Source: a virus
Taxonomy: Duplodnaviria > Caudoviricetes
IMG/VR virus record: IMGVR_UViG_3300048576_000562
Location: 1-26,209 of that record
Length of the DNA stretch: 26,209 nucleotides
Strand: one strand, 5' to 3'
Made by a program: the position numbers and the translations under genes. Shown here one piece after another: positions 8,233 through 16,740 of this stretch (position 1 is the stretch's first letter; each line of letters starts with the position of its first letter). The notes beneath the pieces were generated by a model. It made no database searches. It saw nothing but the letters and a program-made list of their open reading frames with translations, and had not been told where the DNA came from.

Positions 8233-9150
8233 ATGGGCAGATTAGAAGACCTACGCATAAATGCGTATTTATCAGAAGTAGCAAGGGGCTACACAAATTC
8301 AGCTTTTATTGCTGACGCTTTGTTTCCAACAATCGAATCAGATCTTGAAAAAGTGGACATCTTTGAATTTAACAAGGAGGCTTTTCAGGTCTACAACACT
8401 GAAAGAGCAATCAGGGCAGATTCCAATGTTATAAGTCCAAAGGGTTTTGGCAAAAAGACCGTTACTTTAACCGAACACGATCTTGCTTATCCTCTTGATT
8501 ACAGGGAGGAAGAAGAGTCCAAAAAGGTTAAATTACAGCTTCATGCAACAAATGTTGTGACGGAAGGACTTAGGCTTAAACAGGAAAAACTTTGTGCTGA
8601 ATTAGTGCAAAATCCCGACAATTATCCTACAGGAAGCAAAGTTGTTCTCTCAGGTACTTCAAAATTTTCTGACAAGGTCAATTCTGACCCTGTAGAAATA
8701 ATCGAAACTGCCAAAGATGCAATCGCAAGCAAGATAGCACAAGATCCCAATACTATGGTAATCGGTCATGAGGCTTGGAAAGAGCTAAAAAGAAATGAAA
8801 AGCTCCGTAAATTAATCAGCGACAGCCAGAACAAGATTGTTACGGTTAATTTTCTGAAAGAAATTTTTGAAATACCAAACATCGTCATCGGCAGGAGCGT
8901 GTTTGTTGACGGCACAGGAAACTTTACAAAAGTATGGGGAGACAATGTCATCCTCGCTTATGTTCCGCAATTAAGCACAAGAACAGAGTATGACCCGGCA
9001 TTTGCCTATCTTGTTAAAAAGAAAAATTCTCTAAATATTGATGAGTACAGAAAAGAAGGCAACAAAGTCAGGTATATCAGGGCAACAGACATATACACAC
9101 CATTTATGGTCGGTCCCGATGCAGGTTATCTGATTTCTGACACCAATTAA
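8233..9150 (+). CDS. Major capsid protein (capsid E-like family)
   Basis: 305 aa, after the protease; LSEVARGY.N..FIADALFP, PNTMVIG, VWGDNVILAYVP and AGYLI termini resemble this capsid family; RBS AGGAG. Confidence 0.85.
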   Translation: MGRLEDLRINAYLSEVARGYTNSAFIADALFPTIESDLEKVDIFEFNKEAFQVYNTERAIRADSNVISPKGFGKKTVTLTEHDLAYPLDYREEEESKKVKLQLHATNVVTEGLRLKQEKLCAELVQNPDNYPTGSKVVLSGTSKFSDKVNSDPVEIIETAKDAIASKIAQDPNTMVIGHEAWKELKRNEKLRKLISDSQNKIVTVNFLKEIFEIPNIVIGRSVFVDGTGNFTKVWGDNVILAYVPQLSTRTEYDPAFAYLVKKKNSLNIDEYRKEGNKVRYIRATDIYTPFMVGPDAGYLISDTN

Positions 9151-9153
9151 CTT

Positions 9154-9172
9154 AATAACGAAAGTTATTTTT
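9154..9172 (+). terminator. Weak intrinsic terminator-like hairpin after the capsid gene
   Basis: AATAAC-GAAA-GTTATT followed by a T run; the stem is AT-rich and therefore weak. Confidence 0.3.
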
Positions 9173-9219
9173 AAAGAATTTTAAACAAAGTTTAGTAGTA
9201 AAAAAAATAGGAGGCAAAT

Positions 9220-9729
9220 ATGCCCACTTTTAAAATTAAAGGTACAGATATCTTTCACAGCACAAAACTGTACCCGGACGGTTCAACAATCGAACTGAGA
9301 AAAGAAGATGCAGCAAGGCTTGCAGATTATCTTGAATTCATCAAGGAAGAACCGGAAATTCCAGAGGCGGAACTGGAAAAAGAAAAACAGGAAACAAAGC
9401 CTGAAGAAGTTAAGCAGGAAGAAGTCAAACCAACTAAACCAGCGAGAACTTCAAGACCTAAAGTTGTAAAGGAAGTAACTGTTCAACCTCCAAATGAACC
9501 GGAAACAACCCCTGCAACAAGTGTACCTGCGGTTCCGGCAGAAACAGCAACTCCAGCTCCGCCTGCAACAACGGAAACCAAACCCAAAACCACAACGCCT
9601 GTCCCTCCTGCTGCACAAAAAGTCATTGCTAATGCAGTTGAGCAGGTAAATAAAAGCATACAAGGCACAACACCACAAGGCGGGATAAGTTACCAAATTA
9701 CCCCTCCGGGAAATATGAGGAGTGCATAA
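9220..9729 (+). CDS. Hypothetical head-associated protein with a small N-terminal domain and long E/K- and P/T/A-rich tail
   Basis: RBS AGGAGG; N-terminal IFHSTKLYPDGSTIEL..EDA..L resembles small proteins found after capsid genes; the rest is low complexity. Confidence 0.7.
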   Translation: MPTFKIKGTDIFHSTKLYPDGSTIELRKEDAARLADYLEFIKEEPEIPEAELEKEKQETKPEEVKQEEVKPTKPARTSRPKVVKEVTVQPPNEPETTPATSVPAVPAETATPAPPATTETKPKTTTPVPPAAQKVIANAVEQVNKSIQGTTPQGGISYQITPPGNMRSA

Positions 9730-9732
9730 ACC

Positions 9733-10071
9733 ATGGCAGAAAGACTATACAAACCACTATTAATTGACACGGTAAAAGCAGCAGTAAACCTCGAAAAACA
9801 AAGATTTATCGGATTCGATGGCAATTACTGCGGAGCTAATGCAAAAGCCTACGGAGTTTCGGATGTTGAAATAAAAGCAGGGCAGTATGCTCCAGTCGCA
9901 TTGTTTGGAATCCTTCTTATCCAAACTGGCGGAGCAGTTACAGCCGGAACTAAAGTGACATCAGATGCAACAGGATGCGCTGTAGCATACACAACAGGCG
10001 AAGCAAACGGTTATGCCCTCGATACTGCCGCAGGAGCAGGTGAAGTCATCAGGATAGCCAGGGGGATCTAG
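9733..10071 (+). CDS. DUF2190-family capsid cement/decoration protein
   Basis: Gly/Ala-rich 112 aa: RFIGFDG, AYGVS, GGAVTAG..VTSDATG.AV and GYALDTAAGAGEVIRI. Confidence 0.8.
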   Translation: MAERLYKPLLIDTVKAAVNLEKQRFIGFDGNYCGANAKAYGVSDVEIKAGQYAPVALFGILLIQTGGAVTAGTKVTSDATGCAVAYTTGEANGYALDTAAGAGEVIRIARGI

Positions 10072-10502
10072 TGTACTGCACCCTTGATGACATAAAACAG
10101 CAGATTTCTGAGACCACCCTGATAGAGATCACAGACGATAATCAGGCAAATGAAATCAATACAACTATTGTCGATGAAGCAATTTTATACTCGGGAACTC
10201 TGATTGACGGCTTCTTAAGAGGCAGATACAGCATCCCGTTACCAATTATTCCTGTATTAATCAAAATCATTTCTGCAGACCTGAGTGTTTTCAGGCTCTA
10301 TTCCAGAAGATTCCATACAGATATGCCTGAATCTATTAACAACAAGTATAAAAATTGCATAAAACTGCTGGAGCAGATTCAAAAAGGCATAGTATCTCTC
10401 GGAATAGAAAAACCTGAAGACCCTCCGGAATGCGGTGAATATATTACAAACAAAACTTTCCGGGACAGAATTTTCACTGATAGCGTTCTGGATACGATGT
10501 AG
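10071..10502 (+). CDS. Head-tail connector (Mu gp36 / DUF1320)
   Basis: YCTLDDI, IDGFLRGRYSIPL, Y...IKLLEQIQKG.VSLG; GTG start overlaps the upstream TAG. Confidence 0.88.
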   Translation: MYCTLDDIKQQISETTLIEITDDNQANEINTTIVDEAILYSGTLIDGFLRGRYSIPLPIIPVLIKIISADLSVFRLYSRRFHTDMPESINNKYKNCIKLLEQIQKGIVSLGIEKPEDPPECGEYITNKTFRDRIFTDSVLDTM

Positions 10503-10516
10503 AAAAGGCACGGAAT

Positions 10517-10930
10517 ATGACTATTAACGAGATAGAAAACGAAATAATTGAACGTATAAAAAGTAAAATAGATGATTTACACATAGAAGGCTTCCCAGAG
10601 AAACCGTCAGAATTCAGATTAATACATCCGACAGGCGCAATACTTGTTCATTATCAGGGAGGAAGTTATTCGGACTCAAAAAGTATCGGCTGTATCGTTC
10701 AAGACAAAAAACTTGAGTTTTCTATCACTGTTGTTACAAGAAATCTCAGAAGTTACAAAGGGTCATATTTCTATCTTGATAAAGTCAGGCAGATTCTAAC
10801 AGGATTTAGACCATTATGCTGCACAAAAATGCAGCCAACAAAAGAGGAGTTTATCTCTGAAGACAACGGAATCTGGCAGTATTCGATAAATTTCACTTTA
10901 ACAACACCAACAATTGAGGAGACTGACTAA
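10517..10930 (+). CDS. Gp37-family tail terminator/neck protein
   Basis: FPEKPSEFRLIHPTGAILVHYQG, LD.VR..LTGFRP and E.F..EDNGIWQY; sits between gp36 and the sheath. Confidence 0.8.
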   Translation: MTINEIENEIIERIKSKIDDLHIEGFPEKPSEFRLIHPTGAILVHYQGGSYSDSKSIGCIVQDKKLEFSITVVTRNLRSYKGSYFYLDKVRQILTGFRPLCCTKMQPTKEEFISEDNGIWQYSINFTLTTPTIEETD

Positions 10931-10931
10931 A

Positions 10932-12158
10932 ATGGCAGCAAATTTTTTACACGGTGTTGAAACCGTAGAAATTAAAAAAGGTTCAAGGCCAATAAGAACA
11001 GTAAAAACTGCTGTCATCGGTCTTGTCGGAACAGCTCCAATAAATACTGTGGAAGCTGATTATAAAACGGTTAATAAGCCTGTCTTAATCACAAATGACA
11101 AGGATGCAGCCCTATATTTTGGTCAACCAACTTCTGGATTTACCATCCCTGCTGCACTTAATGCAATTTTTGAACAGGGAGCAGGCATTGTTATCGTAGT
11201 AAACGTTTTTGATCCTGCAACACATACTGATGTTACAAATGTGCAGACTTCCGATATTGTTGGAACGGTAACGACTCAGGGAAAAAGGACAGGACTGAAG
11301 GCACTTAAAGATTCATATTCATTATTCGGATTCTATCCAAAAACAATTATTGCCCCAAAATATTGTGAAGATGTTGCAGTTGCAACAGAAATCAATGCCG
11401 TCTCAGGAAACATCAGGGCAATAGGATTAATAGATGCACCTATTGGAACAACCGTGCAGGGAGCAATTACTGGCAGGGGAACATCGGGAACGATAAACTT
11501 TAATTTTTCTTCTGACAGATTAGTTTTATGCTATCCGCAGTTAAAAGTTTACGACACATCCACTAACGCAGAAAAACTAGAACCGTATTCCCAAAGGCTC
11601 GCAGGGGTCATCGCAGCTAAGGATATCGAGAAAGGCTACCACTGGTCACCATCAAATACTGAAATCAAAGGAATTATCGGCGTAGAAAGAAACCTGACTT
11701 CCATGATTAATGACCCGTCAAGTGAAGTTAATCTTTTAAACGAAGCAGGAATACTTACCGTCTTTAATTCCTTCGGTTCAGGCTTTAGGACTTGGGGAAA
11801 CAGGAATTCGTCATACCCGACAAATACAGACCCGACAAATTTTATCAATATCAGAAGAACCGCAGACATAATCCACGAAAGTGTTGAGTATTCGATGCTG
11901 CAGTTTATTGATTACCCTATAGACAACGGTCTTATTGATTCAATTTGCGAGAGCGTTAATGCCTTTATTCGCACGCTTATCGGTAGGGGAGCTTTGATAG
12001 ACGGCAAATGCAAATTTAATTCTGCAAAGAATCCGCCTGCTGAAATCGCAAACGGGCATCTTACATTCGACATAGAGTTTATGCCGCCAACTCCGGCAGA
12101 GCGAATAACATTCGAAAGCTTTATAAACATTGAACTGCTAAGGAATTTAGGGTCATGA
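10932..12158 (+). CDS. Contractile tail sheath protein (P2 FI-like)
   Basis: MAANFLHGVET, TAVIGLVGTAP, HWSPSN, GFRTWGNR, FINIRRT and PPTPAERITF. Start set at ATG 10932 (RBS GAGGAG) rather than 10914. Confidence 0.93.
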   Translation: MAANFLHGVETVEIKKGSRPIRTVKTAVIGLVGTAPINTVEADYKTVNKPVLITNDKDAALYFGQPTSGFTIPAALNAIFEQGAGIVIVVNVFDPATHTDVTNVQTSDIVGTVTTQGKRTGLKALKDSYSLFGFYPKTIIAPKYCEDVAVATEINAVSGNIRAIGLIDAPIGTTVQGAITGRGTSGTINFNFSSDRLVLCYPQLKVYDTSTNAEKLEPYSQRLAGVIAAKDIEKGYHWSPSNTEIKGIIGVERNLTSMINDPSSEVNLLNEAGILTVFNSFGSGFRTWGNRNSSYPTNTDPTNFINIRRTADIIHESVEYSMLQFIDYPIDNGLIDSICESVNAFIRTLIGRGALIDGKCKFNSAKNPPAEIANGHLTFDIEFMPPTPAERITFESFINIELLRNLGS

Positions 12159-12355
12159 GAATGGAATTTAACGTATACAGAATAATGAGGGTTTACTCAG
12201 ATGAACGTGATCTGTGTCGTGATTGTGAAAATTTCGGAAAGTGTCCCTTAATTCGAGCACTTAAAGACGACCTTGCTGTAATAAGGCACGAAAGTGTGAG
12301 TATTGAGAAATGTAAATTTTATCAAAAAAGAGGTAATAAACAATGTCAAAGATAA
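12155..12355 (+). CDS. Small Cys-rich hypothetical protein (possible zinc-binding)
   Basis: ATGA overlap with the sheath stop, fills the sheath-tube gap; CRDC...C...C pattern. Confidence 0.6.
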   Translation: MRMEFNVYRIMRVYSDERDLCRDCENFGKCPLIRALKDDLAVIRHESVSIEKCKFYQKRGNKQCQR

Positions 12356-12864
12356 AGATTAACCGGCTGACAAACGCCAACATCTACATGGACGGCAATA
12401 ATCTGTTAGGTCGAGCAGAAGAAATCCAGCTACCTCAAATAAAACATAAAATGGCAGACCATAAAGCTCTTGGAATGGTCGGTTCTGCTGAATTTTTTGC
12501 AGGTATAGACAAGCTGGAATGCAAAATCAAGTGGAACGCTCTTTATACAGAAGTCATGAAAAAAGCGGCAAACCCTTTTAAAGCCGTTCAGGTTCAGGCA
12601 AGGGCAAGTCTAGAAACGTACAACAGTATGGGCAAACTCGCAGAAGTTCCGGCAATTGCATATTTAACAGGAACATTTAAAGAGTTTCCGCTCGGCAATT
12701 TAAAGCCGGGAGACAACGCAGAATACGAAACAACCATGAGTGTTAATTACGCAAAGTTAATAGTAGATGGGGAAGAAATCTTTGAAATCGATGTTCTTGA
12801 AAACATCTACAAAGTAGACGGTATCGACATTTTAGAAACTTATAGAAATAACATCGGTGCTTAA
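12343..12864 (+). CDS. Tail tube protein (P2 FII-like)
   Basis: NANIYMDG.NLLG.AEEI.LP, LGMVG, GIDKLE and YAKLIVDGEEIFEID; 173 aa, after the sheath. Confidence 0.92.
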   Translation: MSKIKINRLTNANIYMDGNNLLGRAEEIQLPQIKHKMADHKALGMVGSAEFFAGIDKLECKIKWNALYTEVMKKAANPFKAVQVQARASLETYNSMGKLAEVPAIAYLTGTFKEFPLGNLKPGDNAEYETTMSVNYAKLIVDGEEIFEIDVLENIYKVDGIDILETYRNNIGA

Positions 12865-13070
12865 GCCTTATCAGCCATGTATTCCCAGTATCCCGAAATA
12901 AAATCAAGGATTCTGGTGTAAGCACTCTCTTTCTGGTCAACAGTCCTTGTAAACTTAAAAATTTTATCCATCAACTCTCTGTTTTCATAAACAATAGCTT
13001 TTTTATCAACAGACACTTCGGAAATTAAATTAACTAATTCAACCGTATTTTTAAAATCCGTTAAACCCAT
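12861..13070 (-). CDS. Antisense 69-aa hypothetical protein (moron-like) between tube and tail chaperone
   Basis: ATG at 13070 preceded by AGGGAG; fills an otherwise empty 260-bp gap; its stop overlaps the tube stop in TTAA. Confidence 0.6.
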   Translation of the reverse strand: MGLTDFKNTVELVNLISEVSVDKKAIVYENRELMDKIFKFTRTVDQKESAYTRILDFISGYWEYMADKA

Positions 13071-13093
13071 GCACTCCCTCGCTTTCAGCATGA

Positions 13094-13122
13094 ATAATAC
13101 ATTAATTTTTACCAGGAGGCAA
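13094..13122 (-). promoter_or_regulatory. Sigma70-like promoter for the antisense gene
   Basis: Minus strand reads TTGCCT-N17-TATTAT, about 25 nt upstream of the ATG at 13070. Confidence 0.5.
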
Positions 13123-13124
13123 AC

Positions 13125-13415
13125 ATGAAACAACTATCTTTACCAAGCGGCAAAACAGCCAGCATCAGGGGCGGAAAAGGCAAAGACCTGTTAAACGCCC
13201 AGAGAAAATCCAAAACACCCGATGAGATTATGTTCGCTCTCATTGCAGAGCTTACAGAAGTTGATGAGCAGCCCTTAATTTATGAAGACCTGCTCGAAAT
13301 GGAACTTGAAGATGTGCTTACTCTCCAAGCCGAGATGTCGGGGAAGTTCCAGTCGTTACAGCGGAATGCATCATCCACCTTGCCAAAACCACAGGATGGC
13401 AATACAGCGAACTAA
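13125..13415 (+). CDS. Tail assembly chaperone (Mu gp41 / P2 gpE-like)
   Basis: LPSGKTASIR..KGKDL..AQR, LIAEL and YEDLLEM...D; lies between tube and tape measure; RBS AGGAGG. Confidence 0.85.
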   Translation: MKQLSLPSGKTASIRGGKGKDLLNAQRKSKTPDEIMFALIAELTEVDEQPLIYEDLLEMELEDVLTLQAEMSGKFQSLQRNASSTLPKPQDGNTAN

Positions 13416-13507
13416 ATGAAATGACGCTTCCTGAACTGGAATTTTGGGTCAGAGAAGCAATCAAGTACAAGCAGGATCAATCTGAGGCAATAGAAGACTT
13501 ATGTTAG
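13340..13507 (+). CDS. -1 frameshift extension of the tail chaperone (P2 E'/lambda GT-like), missing from the ORF track
   Basis: The -1 frame reads GEVPVVTAECIIHLAKTTGWQYSELNEMTLPELEFWVREAIKYKQDQSEAIEDLC*, matching the E' pattern LA...GW..SEL..M.L.EL..W...A; its stop overlaps the tape-measure start. Confidence 0.8.
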   Translation, partial: GEVPVVTAECIIHLAKTTGWQYSELNEMTLPELEFWVREAIKYKQDQSEAIEDLC

Positions 13508-16035
13508 ACACCATGATGAAAGTATCTTTAACTCTTGTAGCTTTTGACAAGATGTCGAGAGTTATTAAAGATGCTGTCAGCACGTCTAATCAGGAATTCG
13601 ACAAACTCCAGAGGAAAGTCAAAGAAGTCTCCGATGCTACAAAAGAAATCGGAATAGGCTTAACTTCTGCAGGGGCAGGCATGATTGCAGCTGGCGGAGC
13701 ATTGGGACTCGCTATGCAAAAACCAATCGAATCATTCGCTGACCTTGAAGATGCCCAGACCAGAATGAAAGTGGCATTTATGACCGATTCAGGTGTGGAT
13801 TCATACTTTGAAAAGATAAACAAACAATCTGAAAAACTCGGTATGAAACTGCCCGGTACGACAAGAGACTTTACTCTTATGGCAGCCCGCCTGAAAGAAC
13901 TCGGTATTGCAAGTAAAACAATTGCAAATGGTGGTCTTGAAGGTTCTGCATATTTAAGAGTCCTTTTGGGAGATGTTTCCCCTGAAGGAGTTGCAGATAT
14001 TACAGCAACTTTCTCTAAAAGTTTGGGTATAGCAGAAAAAGATTTTGTAAAGTTTATCGACCAGATTCAAAGAGCCAAGTTTGCATTTGGACTTGACCCC
14101 GAGCAATTTGCATACACATTAAAATACGCCGGACCTGTTTTCAAACAGCTTGGAATTTCAGGTTATAAACAAAGTCAATCCGTTTTGGCTCTATCAGGAG
14201 CATTGGCACAAGCTGGTATAAGAGGTGAACAATTAGGAACATCCTTAAGAAGAATAATGCTTGATATTCCAAGCCTTGACGAAAAACTGGAGAGAAAAAG
14301 GCTAAAAGATGTTAATGAAGAACTGAAATCTTTTGGTATTACTCTTGAATTTTTCCAAAACGGCAAATTTCTGGGTATTGAAAATATGATCAGACAAATA
14401 GAAAAGCTTAATGTCCTCAATACTCAGGATAAAGTAAATGCTATCAAGAAATTATTCGGGGATGAAGCAGCAACCGCTATAGCAGAGCTTGCAACTCAGG
14501 GATTAAAAGGTTATGCCAAAGCACAGGAAACTATGAAAAAACAGGCAGACCTGCAAACCCGTCTGAATCTAATCATGGGGACATTCAAAAATCTCTGGGA
14601 AGCTTTTACCGGAACATTTACCAATACTCTGGCACAATTCGGCGGTACATTATCCCCTGAACTAAAATCTCTCGCCGTTAATCTAAACAATCTCTCTGAC
14701 AATATAGGGAAATTTGTACAAAGTCATCCGATTTTGGCAAAAAACATTGCACTAACCACAATTGCATTAAGTGCAGGACTAATTGTAATAGGCACATTAA
14801 GCCTTGCTATAGGCGGCGTTTGCCTGATGATTTCAAATTTAACTTCAGGTTATGTAACTTTTATCAAATATGCAAGGCTTTTAACACCGATTCTCAGGGC
14901 AAACACTCTTCAATTACTTGAGTTTCTAGGATTAAACACAACAGCGCATAATATGAAAATAGCAGAAAGCCTTAAAAACGCAGGCAATCCACTTGGCATA
15001 GATTTATCAAAATTCTCTTTCAAAACAAGTTTACTCGCTGATATAAGGAGAATCGACAAGAATTTAAGGGCAACATTAATAAAATCGTTTAAAGAATTCC
15101 CTGCAAATATTACCAAAGCTAATGAAGCTTTGAAAATATGGACAGTAACTTCAATAAAAGCAATCCCTACAAACTTTTTAAACGGATTAAACAACCTAAA
15201 ACTTGGACTCCTTAACCTTCCGAATATCATCAAGTCAGGCATCGTTGCAGTTCGGGCACTGTCTATTTCCTTTCTGAGCTCCCCCCTATTCTGGATTGGA
15301 GCGGCACTAGTAGGAATCGCTCTCCTTGTCTACAAATACTGGAAACCTATCACAGGATTCTTCCGTGGTGTGTTTACGGGTTTGAAAGAAGGACTTGCGC
15401 CGCTCCAGCCAGTTTTTCATTCTATTGCAACAGCTTTATCTCCAATACTTGCGCCTATCAAGACAGTATATAACTGGTTTAAAAATTTGCTGAAACCTGT
15501 TGAAGATACAGGAGGTGCGGCAGAAAAAATGGGGATTAAATTCGGAAAAGTCCTTGCAGGAATCATCCTTAAAGTTACAGATTTAATCAAAAAAATGTTT
15601 GAACTTGGAGCTAAAGTTGCAGACTTTCTTTCCTTCGGGATGTTATCAAAAACTACCCAGACCCAAAAAGCTATAAGCAAACACGCACAAATTATACGAG
15701 ACCATCTTCCGCATTCCCCTGCCAAAATGGGACCGCTTAAAGATTTGCATAAAATCAAACTTATAGAACAAATTGCAGCAACAATAAAACCGGCACCGTT
15801 AGTATCTGCAATGAATAAAGCTCTGTCATTCAAGACTAAACCAATAACAATGTCTAATTCTAAGCAGGGAAATTCAGGAGGAACAGTATCCATACACTAC
15901 AATCCGATTGTTACGCTGAATGGTTCTACTCCACAGGATAAAGAAGAATTCCTGCAAATACTAAAACAGCACAAGGACGAAATTTTAAGAATGGTCAAAT
16001 CTGAAAAAATACGTCAAGAAAGGTTGGCATACTGA
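13501..16035 (+). CDS. Tail tape measure protein
   Basis: 844 aa, helical and Ala/Gly/Leu-rich; TP901-like core (LAQAGI.GEQ.GT.LR, LFG.EA); C-terminal IRDHLPHSPAKMGPL.DL. Confidence 0.93.
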   Translation: MLDTMMKVSLTLVAFDKMSRVIKDAVSTSNQEFDKLQRKVKEVSDATKEIGIGLTSAGAGMIAAGGALGLAMQKPIESFADLEDAQTRMKVAFMTDSGVDSYFEKINKQSEKLGMKLPGTTRDFTLMAARLKELGIASKTIANGGLEGSAYLRVLLGDVSPEGVADITATFSKSLGIAEKDFVKFIDQIQRAKFAFGLDPEQFAYTLKYAGPVFKQLGISGYKQSQSVLALSGALAQAGIRGEQLGTSLRRIMLDIPSLDEKLERKRLKDVNEELKSFGITLEFFQNGKFLGIENMIRQIEKLNVLNTQDKVNAIKKLFGDEAATAIAELATQGLKGYAKAQETMKKQADLQTRLNLIMGTFKNLWEAFTGTFTNTLAQFGGTLSPELKSLAVNLNNLSDNIGKFVQSHPILAKNIALTTIALSAGLIVIGTLSLAIGGVCLMISNLTSGYVTFIKYARLLTPILRANTLQLLEFLGLNTTAHNMKIAESLKNAGNPLGIDLSKFSFKTSLLADIRRIDKNLRATLIKSFKEFPANITKANEALKIWTVTSIKAIPTNFLNGLNNLKLGLLNLPNIIKSGIVAVRALSISFLSSPLFWIGAALVGIALLVYKYWKPITGFFRGVFTGLKEGLAPLQPVFHSIATALSPILAPIKTVYNWFKNLLKPVEDTGGAAEKMGIKFGKVLAGIILKVTDLIKKMFELGAKVADFLSFGMLSKTTQTQKAISKHAQIIRDHLPHSPAKMGPLKDLHKIKLIEQIAATIKPAPLVSAMNKALSFKTKPITMSNSKQGNSGGTVSIHYNPIVTLNGSTPQDKEEFLQILKQHKDEILRMVKSEKIRQERLAY

Positions 16036-16517
16036 TGTTCGCACAGCTTGGAACTATACAATTTAATCTTATTACTTATTTTAACGGCATAGAAGAAACC
16101 CAAAAGCATAATTATGCCGTTCACCAGACAATCGAGTCCAAGCCAAAGCTTCAATACATCGGGGATGAGCTTGATGAGATGACAATAAAGCTTAACTTCC
16201 ACAGCTCTTTTTGTACCCCAGAAACGGAAATTAAAAAGATAAAGGATGCTGCAAAATTCCATGAAGAAATGCCATTTATTCTCGGCAACGGCAGATATCT
16301 AGGCAAATACGTTATTGAGGAAATAACTTCTACAACCCAGCAGACAGATAAATCAGGCAATTTAATCTCAATCGAAGCAGAACTTAAGCTTAAAGAATGG
16401 TTCACAGAAAGGTTAAACGCTAAAAAAAAACTAAAAAACAAGCAATCAAAAAAAGTACAGGATTTTCTAAAGTTCAGAGACCTCCTCTTCCGCTTAAAAC
16501 GCCGCAACAAATCGTGA
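16035..16517 (+). CDS. P2 gpU-like tail/baseplate protein
   Basis: MFAQLG.I.F, YA.H..IESKPKLQYIG.ELDE and G.GRYLGKYVIEEI; the C-terminus may be frameshifted at an A9 run (see findings). Confidence 0.87.
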   Translation: MFAQLGTIQFNLITYFNGIEETQKHNYAVHQTIESKPKLQYIGDELDEMTIKLNFHSSFCTPETEIKKIKDAAKFHEEMPFILGNGRYLGKYVIEEITSTTQQTDKSGNLISIEAELKLKEWFTERLNAKKKLKNKQSKKVQDFLKFRDLLFRLKRRNKS

Positions 16518-16524
16518 GGCAACA

Positions 16525-16740
16525 ATGAGTGAATACTACGAATACATCACAAAAGACGGGGACAGGTGGGATTTGATAGCTTACGACTTCTATGCAAACC
16601 CGACCCTGTATGAACCGATAATCACAGCCAACCCGGATGTCCCAATCATTCCAATCCTTCCATCAGGCTTAAAACTCAAAATTCCTGTAATTGAAGATAA
16701 TAACCAGATTCAGTTTGAACTTCCACCATGGAGAACATAG
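16525..16740 (+). CDS. P2 gpX-like tail protein (LysM-like)
   Basis: YITKDGDRWDLIAYDFY, II.ANP, LPSGLKLKIP and LPPW. Confidence 0.9.
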   Translation: MSEYYEYITKDGDRWDLIAYDFYANPTLYEPIITANPDVPIIPILPSGLKLKIPVIEDNNQIQFELPPWRT

